This document shows positions 46,844 through 56,535 of a stretch of 64,000 bases of DNA, piece after piece. The DNA comes from an uncultured Acidimicrobiales bacterium. Lineage in GTDB: Bacteria > Actinomycetota > Acidimicrobiia > Acidimicrobiales > SHLQ01. Location: positions 27,640 through 91,639 of the forward strand of contig CALLQB010000003.1 of NCBI GenBank assembly GCA_938015295.1, given 5' to 3'. The notes under the pieces were generated by a model. The model did no database searches and had not been told where the DNA came from. It was given only the letters and a program-made list of their open reading frames with translations. A program made the position numbers and the translations under genes. Numbering within the stretch: position 1 is the stretch's first letter; every line of letters begins with the position of its first letter.

Positions 46844-48178
46844 TCAGCTCCAGGGGTATGGGCTGTTTGAGACCGGGTGGAGGTTGCCTTCGGCGTAGCG
46901 GCTGTAGCGGAAGGGTTCGAGTAGCGCTTGTGTGTCGCCCTCGAGTTCCTTGGCAACCAGCGCCCCGACGCCGAGCATTTTGTAGCCGTGGTTCGAGTCG
47001 CAGATGAAGTACGCGTTTTCGGCAAAGGTGTCGAAAACCGGAAAGCTATCGGGGGTGAAGCTGCCGATGCCGCCTGACGGCTCTTGTTTGATCAGGTGAC
47101 TTTTGCCTTCGAACCGTTTGTGACAGTGCGCCAATGCTGCTGTCCAGGTGCGGTAGAAATCGCCTCCGACGACGAAGTCGGGCGAATCGGGGCCGTAGGG
47201 ATCGACCGCTACTTCGAGTGCTGGCTTGTCGACGATGTAGGGCATATAGCCGCCTTGCACGCCACCAAAGGAGAAGTCGGGTTTGTAGTAGATGCCCCAC
47301 GGGCCTTCGGTGACTAGTGCTCCGTCGTCGTCGTAGAGGGGGGCGTCGGTGTCGATGTGAATCACGGGCGGCATGTTGCCCTCGTTGTCGACGAGGAAGC
47401 CCGGGTCGACACCGAGCACGCCTTCTTGCAGAGCCCAGTAAGTCCAGGTGTTGGTGTCATGCATCTGACCGTCGGGCCCCTTGACCGCTGTGGTAACTGG
47501 CAGGTCGAGCATCGCCCAGAACTTCTGCACCCATGGTCCGACAGCGACCACGACATGGTCGCAGGCAATGGTTCCCTGGCCGGTAACAACCGCGGTGACC
47601 GCTCCGGATGCGTCGGTGGTGAATTCCTGCACCTCAATGCCGCCGATGACGGCGACGCCCGCCGCTTCGCATTTGCCGAGGAGTCCGGCAAGCGACTTCT
47701 TGTTGTTTGCGTAGCCGCCCTTCTTTTCGTGGAGTACCGAGGTGATGCCTTGGGCTTGCCAGTCGTGGAAAATGTTTTCCATATACAGCCGGGATTCCTC
47801 GGCTCCTTCGACGAAGGTTGAGTCGTAGCCAATGGCTTGTTGTTGTTCGAAGATCGACCGCACGTCGGCTCGCATTCCTTCATGGCTGATCTGCATGTAC
47901 CCAACAGGGTGATAGCTGAACGCTTCGGGGTCGGACTCCCACACGCTGACCGAATGGGCCATGAGTTCGCGCATTGCCGGCTGGAAGTAGTTGTTGCGAA
48001 TGACCCCGCAGGCGATGCCCGACGCGCCCGCACCCACATTGGTTTTGTCGATGACGAGGATGCCCTCGCCCGACCCGCGTTCGCTGGCGAGGTGCAGCGC
48101 GGTGGAGAGGCCGTGGATCCCGGCCCCGACGATGACATGTGTCGCGTTGTGGGGGAGTTTGCTCATGCTACGGATCAT
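46844..48178 (-). CDS. FAD-dependent oxidoreductase (DAO family, sarcosine oxidase beta / amine dehydrogenase-like)
   Basis: It has the N-terminal dinucleotide motif HVIVGAGIHGLSTALHLA. Its length is ~440 aa, and it lies 2 nt upstream of the MttB-family gene. Confidence 0.8.
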   Translation of the reverse strand: MIRSMSKLPHNATHVIVGAGIHGLSTALHLASERGSGEGILVIDKTNVGAGASGIACGVIRNNYFQPAMRELMAHSVSVWESDPEAFSYHPVGYMQISHEGMRADVRSIFEQQQAIGYDSTFVEGAEESRLYMENIFHDWQAQGITSVLHEKKGGYANNKKSLAGLLGKCEAAGVAVIGGIEVQEFTTDASGAVTAVVTGQGTIACDHVVVAVGPWVQKFWAMLDLPVTTAVKGPDGQMHDTNTWTYWALQEGVLGVDPGFLVDNEGNMPPVIHIDTDAPLYDDDGALVTEGPWGIYYKPDFSFGGVQGGYMPYIVDKPALEVAVDPYGPDSPDFVVGGDFYRTWTAALAHCHKRFEGKSHLIKQEPSGGIGSFTPDSFPVFDTFAENAYFICDSNHGYKMLGVGALVAKELEGDTQALLEPFRYSRYAEGNLHPVSNSPYPWS

Positions 48179-48278
48179 GGTGTTGACGCTACGAAACTGT
48201 GTGCCGCTGTCCTATGGCCAATACATAATCTGTGCATAACATTTTTGGTATGAGTCGTAGTTCGTTAGCGTTGTACTC

Positions 48279-49211
48279 ATGCAGATCGAGCAACTTGAGC
48301 TCTACAAGACGGTCGTCGAGAGCGGCGGCATGACCGCCGCCGCTGGGGCGCTAGGAATGAGCCAGCCCGCCGTGAGTCGGTCGATGCGTGCGCTCGAAAG
48401 ACAGCTCGGGGTAGCGCTGTTTCGCAGAGACGGGCGTGGGATTCAGCCAACCGAGGCCGGCCAACTTGCCTACGAGCGGGCGGTCGAACTCACCAACGAC
48501 TGGCGCAATCTCGTCGCCGAGCTGCGCGTGTTGGCTGGCCGGCCAAACGAGGTGACTATCGCGGTCCCGTTTGGCACCGCCCGGGTGCTGATTCCGGTGC
48601 TGGTCCGACGGGCGACCACCGACGTTGCCGACATCGCGGTGCGGATAATCGAATCGGCCTCGCCCAAGAGCCAAGCGATGGTCGACAGCGGAGAGGTCGA
48701 CGCCGCGATCGTCTACCCCGAACCTGAAGATCGCGATGGCGAGGGCCTCGAACATCTGGTGTCGGAGAAGCTGTACGCCATGGGGCAGCCCGACACCTTT
48801 GGTGGTGTGGGGGTGGTTGGCGAAGACGAGAAACCGATCCACCTCGCCGAGCTGGTCGACGTGCCGTTGCTGCTGACCGGGCCGTCGTGGAGCATCCGGC
48901 GAACAATCGACGAGGCGTTTGCGGGCATCGACGCGACCCCGCAGGTCGCGCGAGAGGTCGGAATCGCCGACGCGCTGCTGGCGTTCGCCATGGAAGGCGA
49001 GGGCGTGGCGATTCTGCCGTTCAGTAACGTTGTGCGCGACCATGAGCTCGGGTCTCTTGCGGTGCGAGAGATCAGCAACCCAGCAATCGAGCGCAACATT
49101 TCGATGAAGCTGGGAACCGGCTTGGCCACGGTGGTCGCCGAGGAGCTTCGCGAAGTACTCAGGAGTTCGATTGAAGAAGTTGCGCCCGCGGCCCGATGGT
49201 TTACCGTGTAA
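48279..49211 (+). CDS. LysR-family transcriptional regulator
   Basis: The wHTH segment is MTAAAGALGMSQPAVSRSMRALERQLGVALF. It is ~310 aa long and divergent from the FAD-oxidoreductase/MttB operon. Confidence 0.9.
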   Translation: MQIEQLELYKTVVESGGMTAAAGALGMSQPAVSRSMRALERQLGVALFRRDGRGIQPTEAGQLAYERAVELTNDWRNLVAELRVLAGRPNEVTIAVPFGTARVLIPVLVRRATTDVADIAVRIIESASPKSQAMVDSGEVDAAIVYPEPEDRDGEGLEHLVSEKLYAMGQPDTFGGVGVVGEDEKPIHLAELVDVPLLLTGPSWSIRRTIDEAFAGIDATPQVAREVGIADALLAFAMEGEGVAILPFSNVVRDHELGSLAVREISNPAIERNISMKLGTGLATVVAEELREVLRSSIEEVAPAARWFTV

Positions 49212-49250
49212 GCATTACCGCATGACGGTTGTCGCATGAGAGGCTGAACC

Positions 49251-50369
49251 ATGGCACTAGTAGAACCTGTCGAGACAAGCAGCGAAGCCGGAGCGCTTCC
49301 CGATGCGGCGACCGTCGACGAGTCGATCCGACTCATTACCGATAACGCCACACGTATCATGACGTGGAAATACGACCGCGAGCGCGAGCAGCTGGTCACG
49401 CTCTACAACAAGGCCATGTCGTCGCAGTGGAACAGCGTCACCGATCTCGACTGGGCGACCGAAGTCGATCCCGAGCGACTCGTGAACGAACAGCCAAGCC
49501 CGACGATGCAGCTTGTCGCTGCGGCCGCCAAGATCCCGAACTCGCCGCTAGCAAACTGGAGTGAAAAAGAGCTCACCACCGCGGGCATCGAGTTCATGAA
49601 GGCAAACCTGAGCCAGTTCATGCACGGCGAGCAGGGCGCCATGATGACCGCGGCGAAGATCGTCGAAACCGTGCCATGGATTGACGCCAAGTACTACGCC
49701 TCGACCCAAACGATGGACGAAGCTCGTCACACCGAAGTCTTTGCCAAGTACTTGCACGAAAAGCTTGGCGAGGCGTATCCAATGAGTCCGACCCTCGATG
49801 CGCAGATCATGGCGTTGCTCGAGGATTCGCGCTGGGACATTGCCTACCTCGGCATGCAGATCGTGATCGAAAGCCTTGCCTTGGCTGCCTTTGGCGACAT
49901 GCTCCGGCGCACCAACGAGCCGCTGCTTCGCAAGCTGCTCCGCTACGTCATGGCCGACGAAGCCCGCCATGTAGCGTTCGGTATTCTTAGCCTCGCCGAG
50001 TACTACGAAAACCTCTCTTCGGCGGAACTTCTCGAACGTCAGGAGTTCATGTTGGAAAACACCATCCGCCAACGGAGCCGCTCGACTACCCCCGAGGTGT
50101 GGGAACGGCTCGACGTATCTGTTGATGCGGTACTTCCTTTCCTGCATCAGGCAGCAGAAGAAACCGGGGTACATCCGACCGCCAGTTTCCAGCGAGGCTT
50201 TTTCGCGAAGCTTGTTCCCAATACCCGCCGACTCGGCCTGCTCGATGCGAACGACGGCTACCTGCGCAAAGCATGGGGCGAAGCTGGCCTTATGGAGTTC
50301 GAATTCGCGGACGATACGGCGACCGACTACGACGCCTATGACGCGGTAGCTCAGGACCGCGCCTCCTAA
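49251..50369 (+). CDS. ferritin-like diiron oxygenase (AurF-like family, tentative)
   Basis: Two E-x-x-H diiron motifs (MDEARHTEVF and ADEARHVAFG) sit in an all-helical 372-aa protein. Confidence 0.55.
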   Translation: MALVEPVETSSEAGALPDAATVDESIRLITDNATRIMTWKYDREREQLVTLYNKAMSSQWNSVTDLDWATEVDPERLVNEQPSPTMQLVAAAAKIPNSPLANWSEKELTTAGIEFMKANLSQFMHGEQGAMMTAAKIVETVPWIDAKYYASTQTMDEARHTEVFAKYLHEKLGEAYPMSPTLDAQIMALLEDSRWDIAYLGMQIVIESLALAAFGDMLRRTNEPLLRKLLRYVMADEARHVAFGILSLAEYYENLSSAELLERQEFMLENTIRQRSRSTTPEVWERLDVSVDAVLPFLHQAAEETGVHPTASFQRGFFAKLVPNTRRLGLLDANDGYLRKAWGEAGLMEFEFADDTATDYDAYDAVAQDRAS

Positions 50370-50469
50370 ATCGACCGGTGCGAGTGAGAAGTGTTGGCTA
50401 CACTTCTCAGCAATGAAGTAACTGCGAACGTCCCGTGTCCCGTTTCCTCGGTCGATTGGATCTTCGCGC

Positions 50470-52131
50470 ATGCCTGCAAATACTTCATCTCTGGTTTCAC
50501 TTACCGCTCACAACGTCTCGGTTGAACGGGGCGACCAACACGTATTGGTCGATGTTTCGTTTACTCTCAACGAACGGTCACGGCTCGCAATCGTGGGCCC
50601 AAACGGGATCGGCAAATCGACGCTGCTCGCGGTCCTCGCCGGCGAAGTAACGCCAACCGCTGGACAGCTAGCCAAAGTTCCGCCGAGCGCTTCGGTCGGT
50701 TTTGTCCGCCAGGAACTCGATCGCAGCCCTACCGAGACCGGACACGCGTTTCTCGCGAGAAGGCTGGGCATCGCCGAGGCCGACGATGCCTTCATCGCTG
50801 CAACCGAAGCGCTTGCAGACGGCTCGCCCGGTGCCGATGATCGGTACAACGATGCGCTTTCCCAGTGGCTTGCTCTTGGCGTGGCCGACTTTGCTGCTCG
50901 GGCCGAAGCCGTGGGTGAAGAACTCGGCCTGCCGGCTGCGGTGCTCGCACAACCAACGGCGTCACTTTCGGGCGGCCAGGCCTCGCGCCTCGGACTAGCC
51001 GTTGTTCTCCTCAGCCGGTTCGACATCACGCTTCTTGACGAACCGACAAACGATCTCGATCTCGAAGGTCTCGCGGTTCTCGAGCGCTGGGTCAACGGCC
51101 ATCAGGGCGGTATCGCGCTTGTATCGCACGACCGGGCCTTTCTTGAACGGACCGTGGCGTCGGTGTTAGAGATCGACGAGCATGCCCATACCGCCCGGCT
51201 TTTCACTGGCGGATGGGATGCGTTTGTTGCCGAGAAGGCAACGGCGCGGCGCCATGCCGAACAGGACTATGCCACCTATATTGCCGAACGAAGCCGTCTG
51301 GCCGGTCGGGCGCAGCAGCAACGCGAGTGGTCACAACAGGGGCTGAGTCGGGCAAAGAAGGGCGGCGAAACCGACAAGTACGTCCGGGCCTTTAACGTGA
51401 ATCAGACCGAGAAGCTTGCCGGGAAGGCGAAAGCCACCGAGCGGGCCTTGGAACGGCTCGATACGAAGGGCAAGGTCGACAAGCCTTGGGAAGGCTGGGA
51501 TTTGCGTTTTACCATCGCCACGGCCGAGCGGAGTGCAGACGTCGTCGCCACGTTCTCCGGCGCAGTCATCGAACGCGGCGAGTTTCGCATCGGCCCGATA
51601 GACGAAGAGATTCGGTGGGCCGAGCGTGTCGCTATCACCGGTGCAAACGGTGCCGGCAAATCAACGCTTATCGAAGCGCTCCTGGGGCGAATCCCCCTCT
51701 CGTCGGGAATCGCCCGACTGGGGTCGAGCGTGGTGGTGGGCGAGCTGGCACAGAACCGCAAACAGTTCGATGTGTCCGACGGGGGCGCCTCTCGCACCCT
51801 GCAACGAGCCTTCGAAGACGAGTCAGGGCTTGTTGTTTCTGACGTCCGCTCGGTCCTGGCAAAGTTCGGCCTTGACGCCGATGCTGTGCAGCGACCGGCG
51901 GGGTCGCTATCGCCGGGGGAGCGGACGCGGGCACAGCTGGCACTGTTTCAGGCCAAAGGGGTGAACTTGCTGGTGTTGGATGAGCCAACCAACCATCTCG
52001 ACCTGCCGGCCATCGAACAAGTGGAATCAGCGCTATCGTCGTTCGCCGGAACGTTGCTGCTCGTCAGCCACGATCGCCGCTTTGTCGAGAACATAGCGAT
52101 CACCAGAGAGATCGTGCTCGGCGCCCCGTGA
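50470..52131 (+). CDS. ABC-F family ATPase (two ABC domains, no TM domain)
   Basis: Walker A motifs GPNGIGKST and GANGAGKST. Signature motifs LSGGQASR and LSPGERTR. Walker B motifs LLDEPTNDLD and VLDEPTNHLD. A ~80-aa charged interdomain linker separates the two halves. Confidence 0.9.
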   Translation: MPANTSSLVSLTAHNVSVERGDQHVLVDVSFTLNERSRLAIVGPNGIGKSTLLAVLAGEVTPTAGQLAKVPPSASVGFVRQELDRSPTETGHAFLARRLGIAEADDAFIAATEALADGSPGADDRYNDALSQWLALGVADFAARAEAVGEELGLPAAVLAQPTASLSGGQASRLGLAVVLLSRFDITLLDEPTNDLDLEGLAVLERWVNGHQGGIALVSHDRAFLERTVASVLEIDEHAHTARLFTGGWDAFVAEKATARRHAEQDYATYIAERSRLAGRAQQQREWSQQGLSRAKKGGETDKYVRAFNVNQTEKLAGKAKATERALERLDTKGKVDKPWEGWDLRFTIATAERSADVVATFSGAVIERGEFRIGPIDEEIRWAERVAITGANGAGKSTLIEALLGRIPLSSGIARLGSSVVVGELAQNRKQFDVSDGGASRTLQRAFEDESGLVVSDVRSVLAKFGLDADAVQRPAGSLSPGERTRAQLALFQAKGVNLLVLDEPTNHLDLPAIEQVESALSSFAGTLLLVSHDRRFVENIAITREIVLGAP

Positions 52132-52147
52132 GGCTAGATTGCGCCTC

Positions 52148-52624
52148 ATGAGCAACGCACAAGCATTCTTCGACACACAACAAAGTCTTATTGGCGGCGA
52201 AGGCAAGGTGGGCGACTGGCTGGAGGTCAGCCAAGAGCGCATCAACCAGTTCGCCGACGCGACCGATGACCATCAGTTCATTCACATCGACGTCGAGCGA
52301 GCCACGGCCGAGACGCCCTTCGGCGGCACGATTGCCCATGGCATGCTCACGCTGTCATTGCTCGTACCGCTGAGCGCTGCACTGACAAAGGGGAACCCGA
52401 TCCCAGCGGGTGTCGTGATGGGCATCAACTATGGCTTCGACAAGGTGCGATTCCTCAGCCCGGTCCCCGCAGGCAGTCGAATCCGTTTGAAGGCCGAGAT
52501 GGCCAACGTTGTGCTGAAGGGAACAGCGGTCGACTTCACCCAAACGATGACCGTCGAACTCGAAGGGTCCGACAAGCCGGCGATGCTGGCCGAGTGGATC
52601 ACCCGCACCGTCTTCGACTCGTAA
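52148..52624 (+). CDS. MaoC-like (R)-specific enoyl-CoA hydratase / hot-dog fold dehydratase
   Basis: ORF 52139..52624 trimmed to ATG 52148. Motif: DDHQFIHIDVERA...FGGTIAHGMLT. Confidence 0.8.
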   Translation: MSNAQAFFDTQQSLIGGEGKVGDWLEVSQERINQFADATDDHQFIHIDVERATAETPFGGTIAHGMLTLSLLVPLSAALTKGNPIPAGVVMGINYGFDKVRFLSPVPAGSRIRLKAEMANVVLKGTAVDFTQTMTVELEGSDKPAMLAEWITRTVFDS

Positions 52625-52634
52625 TCGGTTGGTG

Positions 52635-53810
52635 ATGAAGAGCGACGTCGTCGTCATCGGCGGGGGTGTCATCGGCACGTCCAGCGCCTACTGGTTAGGC
52701 CGTGCCGGTTACTCGGTAACGCTGGTCGAGCGGCGTCGCGCCCCGGGTCTCTACACAACACCGAACGCGCTTGGCACTATCCGCACGCAGTTCGGCACGC
52801 CAGCGCTCATTGCGCTTGCTCAAGAGAGCGTCGCGTTCTATCGCGATATCGAGACGCACCTTGGGGTTAGCCATGTGGAGCTTGGGTACGCGAACCAAGG
52901 CTACGTTTACCTCAGTCCGCGGGCTGAAGATGCGCCCCGGATTGCTGAGTCGTTGGCCGGCTACGAGGCACTGGGAGTCACGAGCTCTGAACTGCTTGAT
53001 GAGCGAGATATCCGGCGCCGGTTTCCCTTTGCTGGCGAGTCGGTTGCCGGCATCTTTCATGGCGATGGAGCGTGGGTCGACCCTGCTCAGATAGCGCAGG
53101 CATGGGCAGGGGCGGCGTCGACGACATCGTTTCTGTTCGACACGTCGGTCGACGAGATTGGGTCTGACGGTGCGGACTCGTGGACGGTGAAGACCTCTAA
53201 GGGGTCGATCTCTACAGGCAAGGTCGTCGTCTGTGCCGGACCATATTCTTCGGCCATGCTCGCCCCCTTCGAGGTCGAACTGCCAATCAAGATCACGCCT
53301 CGGTACCGGGCGTTTATCCCCGACGACAATGCCGATCACGCCCAGGCACCCCTGGTGATCAACATCGTCAATGGTGCGTACTGGCGGCCGGTGCCCGGTG
53401 GCGTGTGGTTGAGTCACGCGAACGTTGACGACCGCGAGGTCGAGCCAGGCGATGCGGTCACGATTCCCGGTGGCTTTCTCGACGAAGCCGTCGATCTAAT
53501 CGCGCCCGTGTCGCCCGGCCTTGCGGCGACTGCTCGAGCTGCCGATCCAACAGACATCAGATATGCGGGCGGGTTTCAGATGTACCCGGCCGACGACGTG
53601 CCGATCATCGGTGAGGTTCCTGGCCATAGCGGTCTCTTCATGAACTGCGGTCACTGGGCAGGCGTGATGCTCTCGCCGGCCAGCGGACGTTTGCTCGCCG
53701 ATGTGGTGGACGGCCGAGTTGGCGAGGCCGACAACCCGTGCAGCGTGCTGCGGTTCGCTAACGGGAACGCCGAACGAAGCTCGACCAACAAATTTGGAGG
53801 CTGGGGATGA
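52635..53810 (+). CDS. FAD-dependent oxidoreductase (DAO family)
   Basis: The N-terminal motif is DVVVIGGGVIGTSSAYWL, and the protein is ~390 aa. The stop overlaps the start of the next gene (ATGA at 53807..53810). Confidence 0.8.
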   Translation: MKSDVVVIGGGVIGTSSAYWLGRAGYSVTLVERRRAPGLYTTPNALGTIRTQFGTPALIALAQESVAFYRDIETHLGVSHVELGYANQGYVYLSPRAEDAPRIAESLAGYEALGVTSSELLDERDIRRRFPFAGESVAGIFHGDGAWVDPAQIAQAWAGAASTTSFLFDTSVDEIGSDGADSWTVKTSKGSISTGKVVVCAGPYSSAMLAPFEVELPIKITPRYRAFIPDDNADHAQAPLVINIVNGAYWRPVPGGVWLSHANVDDREVEPGDAVTIPGGFLDEAVDLIAPVSPGLAATARAADPTDIRYAGGFQMYPADDVPIIGEVPGHSGLFMNCGHWAGVMLSPASGRLLADVVDGRVGEADNPCSVLRFANGNAERSSTNKFGGWG

Positions 53811-54595
53811 ACGCGAGGTGGCAGGTCGAACGCCTTTCTCCGGCTTTGGGTGCGGCAGTCCATGGCCTCGACCTCGCCGCACCCGTTGACCCCGCCGACC
53901 TCGTCGATCTTCAAGAGCTCCTCAACACGCACCTGGTGCTGACCTTTGCCAACCAAGACCTGACGCCCGAACGCCATGTCGAGATCGGAAGCTGGTTTGG
54001 GGAGCCATTTCTGCATCCGTACTTGACGTCGGTCGACGAGCATCCGGCCATTCTCGAAGTGGTGAAGGAACCCGACGACGAAGAAACGTTTGGCGGCGAG
54101 TTCTGGCACAGCGACATCTCGTTCAGGAACCCTCCCGCAGCGGTGTCGCTGCTGTACTCGCACGAGGTGCCACCGTTGGGAGGCGACACGCTTTTCGCCA
54201 ACCAGTACCGGTCGCTGGAACAGCTGTCGCCAACAATGGTGGAGATGCTGTCTGGGTTGCGCGGCGTGCACCTGTATCCGGGCATGTCCGAGGACGACAC
54301 GAATGCCTTTGCCCTGCACCCTATTGTTCGAACCCATTCGCTGACTGGTCGCCGGTCGTTGTTTCTCAACGCCGCGTTCGTCAACCGGTTCGAAGGTATG
54401 ACCGAAACCGAGAGCCGACCGTTGCTCGACTTTCTTTTCGCCCACCAGGTTCGACCAGAGTTCTGCGGGCGGGTGAGGTGGCAGCCGCACCAGTTGACGC
54501 TGTGGGACAACCGGGCGACGCTGCACTACGCGATGAACGACTACACCGGCCATCGTCGGAAGCTGCAACGAGTGACCGCAATGGAGCGCGTGTGA
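53807..54595 (+). CDS. TauD/TfdA-family Fe(II)/2-oxoglutarate dioxygenase
   Basis: Motifs: H-x-D segment FWHSDISF, GGDTLFANQ, and C-terminal WDNRATLHYA. Confidence 0.85.
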   Translation: MNARWQVERLSPALGAAVHGLDLAAPVDPADLVDLQELLNTHLVLTFANQDLTPERHVEIGSWFGEPFLHPYLTSVDEHPAILEVVKEPDDEETFGGEFWHSDISFRNPPAAVSLLYSHEVPPLGGDTLFANQYRSLEQLSPTMVEMLSGLRGVHLYPGMSEDDTNAFALHPIVRTHSLTGRRSLFLNAAFVNRFEGMTETESRPLLDFLFAHQVRPEFCGRVRWQPHQLTLWDNRATLHYAMNDYTGHRRKLQRVTAMERV

Positions 54596-54608
54596 AGTCG
54601 GCTTTCTC

Positions 54609-55496
54609 ATGAAAGTGGCGGTAACCGGATCGTCAGGATTCATTGGCTCTGCGTTGATCCCGTTACTGACCGCTCGAGGCGACGATGTCATTCGGGTCAA
54701 AAGGGACGCAGCCGAAAAACCCGACATCAGATGGGACATCGACGCTGGAACCATCGACGCAGAAGGGCTCGAAGGGGTCGACGCAGTAATTCACCTTGCA
54801 GGCGAAGGAATCGGCGACCGCCGTTGGACCGATGCCCACGAGCGACGCGTGAAGCAAAGCCGGGTTGCGGGCACGACTCTTCTTGCCGAGACGCTTGCCA
54901 GTCTTGCAATGGCGCCTCGTGTCTTGCTTTCGGGATCGGCAATTGGTTGGTACGGCGAACGAGGCAACGAGACGCTGACCGAAGCATCGGGTCCGGGCAC
55001 CGAGGTGAAGGCCGAGATCTGCACAGCTTGGGAGAATGCGGCGAGCCCAGCGGTCGATGCGGGTATCCGCACCGTGTTTCTTCGTACCGGGATGGTACTG
55101 AGCCCCGATGGAGGGGCGCTCGGTGAAGCGTTGCCGTTTTTCAAGCTGGGACTCATGGGTCGCTTCGGCGATGGCCGTCAGTGGTGGGCATGGATCTCGA
55201 TGGAAGATCAGCTTCGAGCAATGCTTTTTCTGCTCGACAACGAGATCTCCGGGCCGGTCAACCTTGTCGCTCCGCACCCAGTGACCAACAGCGAGTACAC
55301 CAAAACGGTTGGGTCGGCCCTACACCGTCCGACGTTGATCCCGACACCGAGGTTCGCCCTCAACCTAAGACTTGGGGCGAAGGGCGCACAAGCGGTCGCA
55401 CTCACGAGTGCCAAGGTCATTCCCGAGGTCCTCCTAGAGCACGGCTTTACCTTCCGTCATCCTCACCTTGAGGGTGCGTTGGCCTCGATGCTGTAA
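54609..55496 (+). CDS. TIGR01777-type NAD-dependent epimerase/dehydratase-family protein (SDR39U1-like)
   Basis: Starts MKVAVTGSSGFIGSAL and is ~295 aa long. The C-terminal segment PTPRFALNLRLG...EVLLEHGFTFRHP is typical of the DUF1731 tail. Confidence 0.8.
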   Translation: MKVAVTGSSGFIGSALIPLLTARGDDVIRVKRDAAEKPDIRWDIDAGTIDAEGLEGVDAVIHLAGEGIGDRRWTDAHERRVKQSRVAGTTLLAETLASLAMAPRVLLSGSAIGWYGERGNETLTEASGPGTEVKAEICTAWENAASPAVDAGIRTVFLRTGMVLSPDGGALGEALPFFKLGLMGRFGDGRQWWAWISMEDQLRAMLFLLDNEISGPVNLVAPHPVTNSEYTKTVGSALHRPTLIPTPRFALNLRLGAKGAQAVALTSAKVIPEVLLEHGFTFRHPHLEGALASML

Positions 55497-55575
55497 TTCA
55501 CTGCGCGTCCGCTGGTTTGTCACTGACGACCGGGCCGTACGCAAGTAGTGGTGCTCTCCTCCGTAAGCTGGACGG

Positions 55576-56082
55576 ATGTCTCGATTGAAGATTTCGACCA
55601 TTTTCGCTTGCCTACTTCTCATCGCCGCGAGTTGTGGCAGTTCTGATGACATCTCCACTGGCACCGGCGACACGCCAGAGGCCGGTGGTGGTGGCACCAC
55701 AGGCGTCGAGACGGCCGTCAAGCCGGTCATCGTCGTTCCCGATGGTGAGCCGCCAACCGAGTTGTTAATCGAGGACATCGTCATCGGCGACGGCGCCGAG
55801 GCGGTTGCCGGGACGCCAGTGAGTGTCGACTATGTCGGTGTTGCCTATTCAAATGCCACCGAGTTCGATGCTTCATGGGATCGCGGTTCGGAATTTCGCT
55901 TCAGCCTCGGCGTCGGGCAGGTCATTCCCGGCTGGGACGAGGGTGTACAAGGTATGAAGGTCGGCGGGCGCCGCCAGCTGACGATCCCTCCCGAGATGGC
56001 CTACGGCACCGCTGGTGCCGGTGGTGCAATTGGACCGAACGAAACCCTGATCTTCGTGGTCGATCTTCGTAGCGTGGGCTAG
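55576..56082 (+). CDS. FKBP-type peptidyl-prolyl isomerase, lipoprotein
   Basis: The signal peptide has the lipobox LIAASC. FKBP core: VDYVGV...FDASWDRG..F.F.LG.GQVIPGWDEGVQGMKVGGRR.LTIPP..AYG. Confidence 0.9.
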   Translation: MSRLKISTIFACLLLIAASCGSSDDISTGTGDTPEAGGGGTTGVETAVKPVIVVPDGEPPTELLIEDIVIGDGAEAVAGTPVSVDYVGVAYSNATEFDASWDRGSEFRFSLGVGQVIPGWDEGVQGMKVGGRRQLTIPPEMAYGTAGAGGAIGPNETLIFVVDLRSVG

Positions 56083-56142
56083 TTCGGTGGCGCCAGCGAG
56101 GTCGTGCGCCGGACCGCTGCTCGAACGGCTAACATCTCCCGG

Positions 56143-56523
56143 ATGCAAGACACCTCTGTAAAGCCCGAAATTTCTGTTCCTGCTGGCGAACCGCCGGTCA
56201 ACATCGTTATCGAAGACATCGTCGAAGGCGATGGCGCCGAAGCGCAGAACGGTGCAACGGTCAATGTCGACTATGCCGGTGTGGCCTGGTCGACCGGTGA
56301 AGAGTTCGACGCTTCCTGGAACCGCGGTTCGGTCTTTTCGTTTGGCCTTGGCCGCGGCCAGGTCATCCCCGGTTGGGACCAAGGCGTTGCCGGCATGAAA
56401 GTCGGTGGCCGCCGTCAGCTCACCATTCCGCCTGGCATGGCCTACGGACCCCAGGGCGCCGGTGGCGTCATCGGTCCCAACGAAACGTTGATCTTCGTAG
56501 TCGACCTCCGCAGCATCGGCTAA
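56143..56523 (+). CDS. FKBP-type peptidyl-prolyl isomerase (no signal peptide)
   Basis: ORF 56104..56523 trimmed to ATG 56143. It has the same FKBP core as the upstream paralog. Confidence 0.9.
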   Translation: MQDTSVKPEISVPAGEPPVNIVIEDIVEGDGAEAQNGATVNVDYAGVAWSTGEEFDASWNRGSVFSFGLGRGQVIPGWDQGVAGMKVGGRRQLTIPPGMAYGPQGAGGVIGPNETLIFVVDLRSIG

Positions 56524-56535
56524 CAACCCGAAACC

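Noticed and set aside
50470-52131. Calling the ABC-F protein an antibiotic-resistance (ARE) determinant
   Set aside because: The domain layout alone cannot separate housekeeping ABC-F translation factors from ARE types. No resistance or biosynthetic context is visible.
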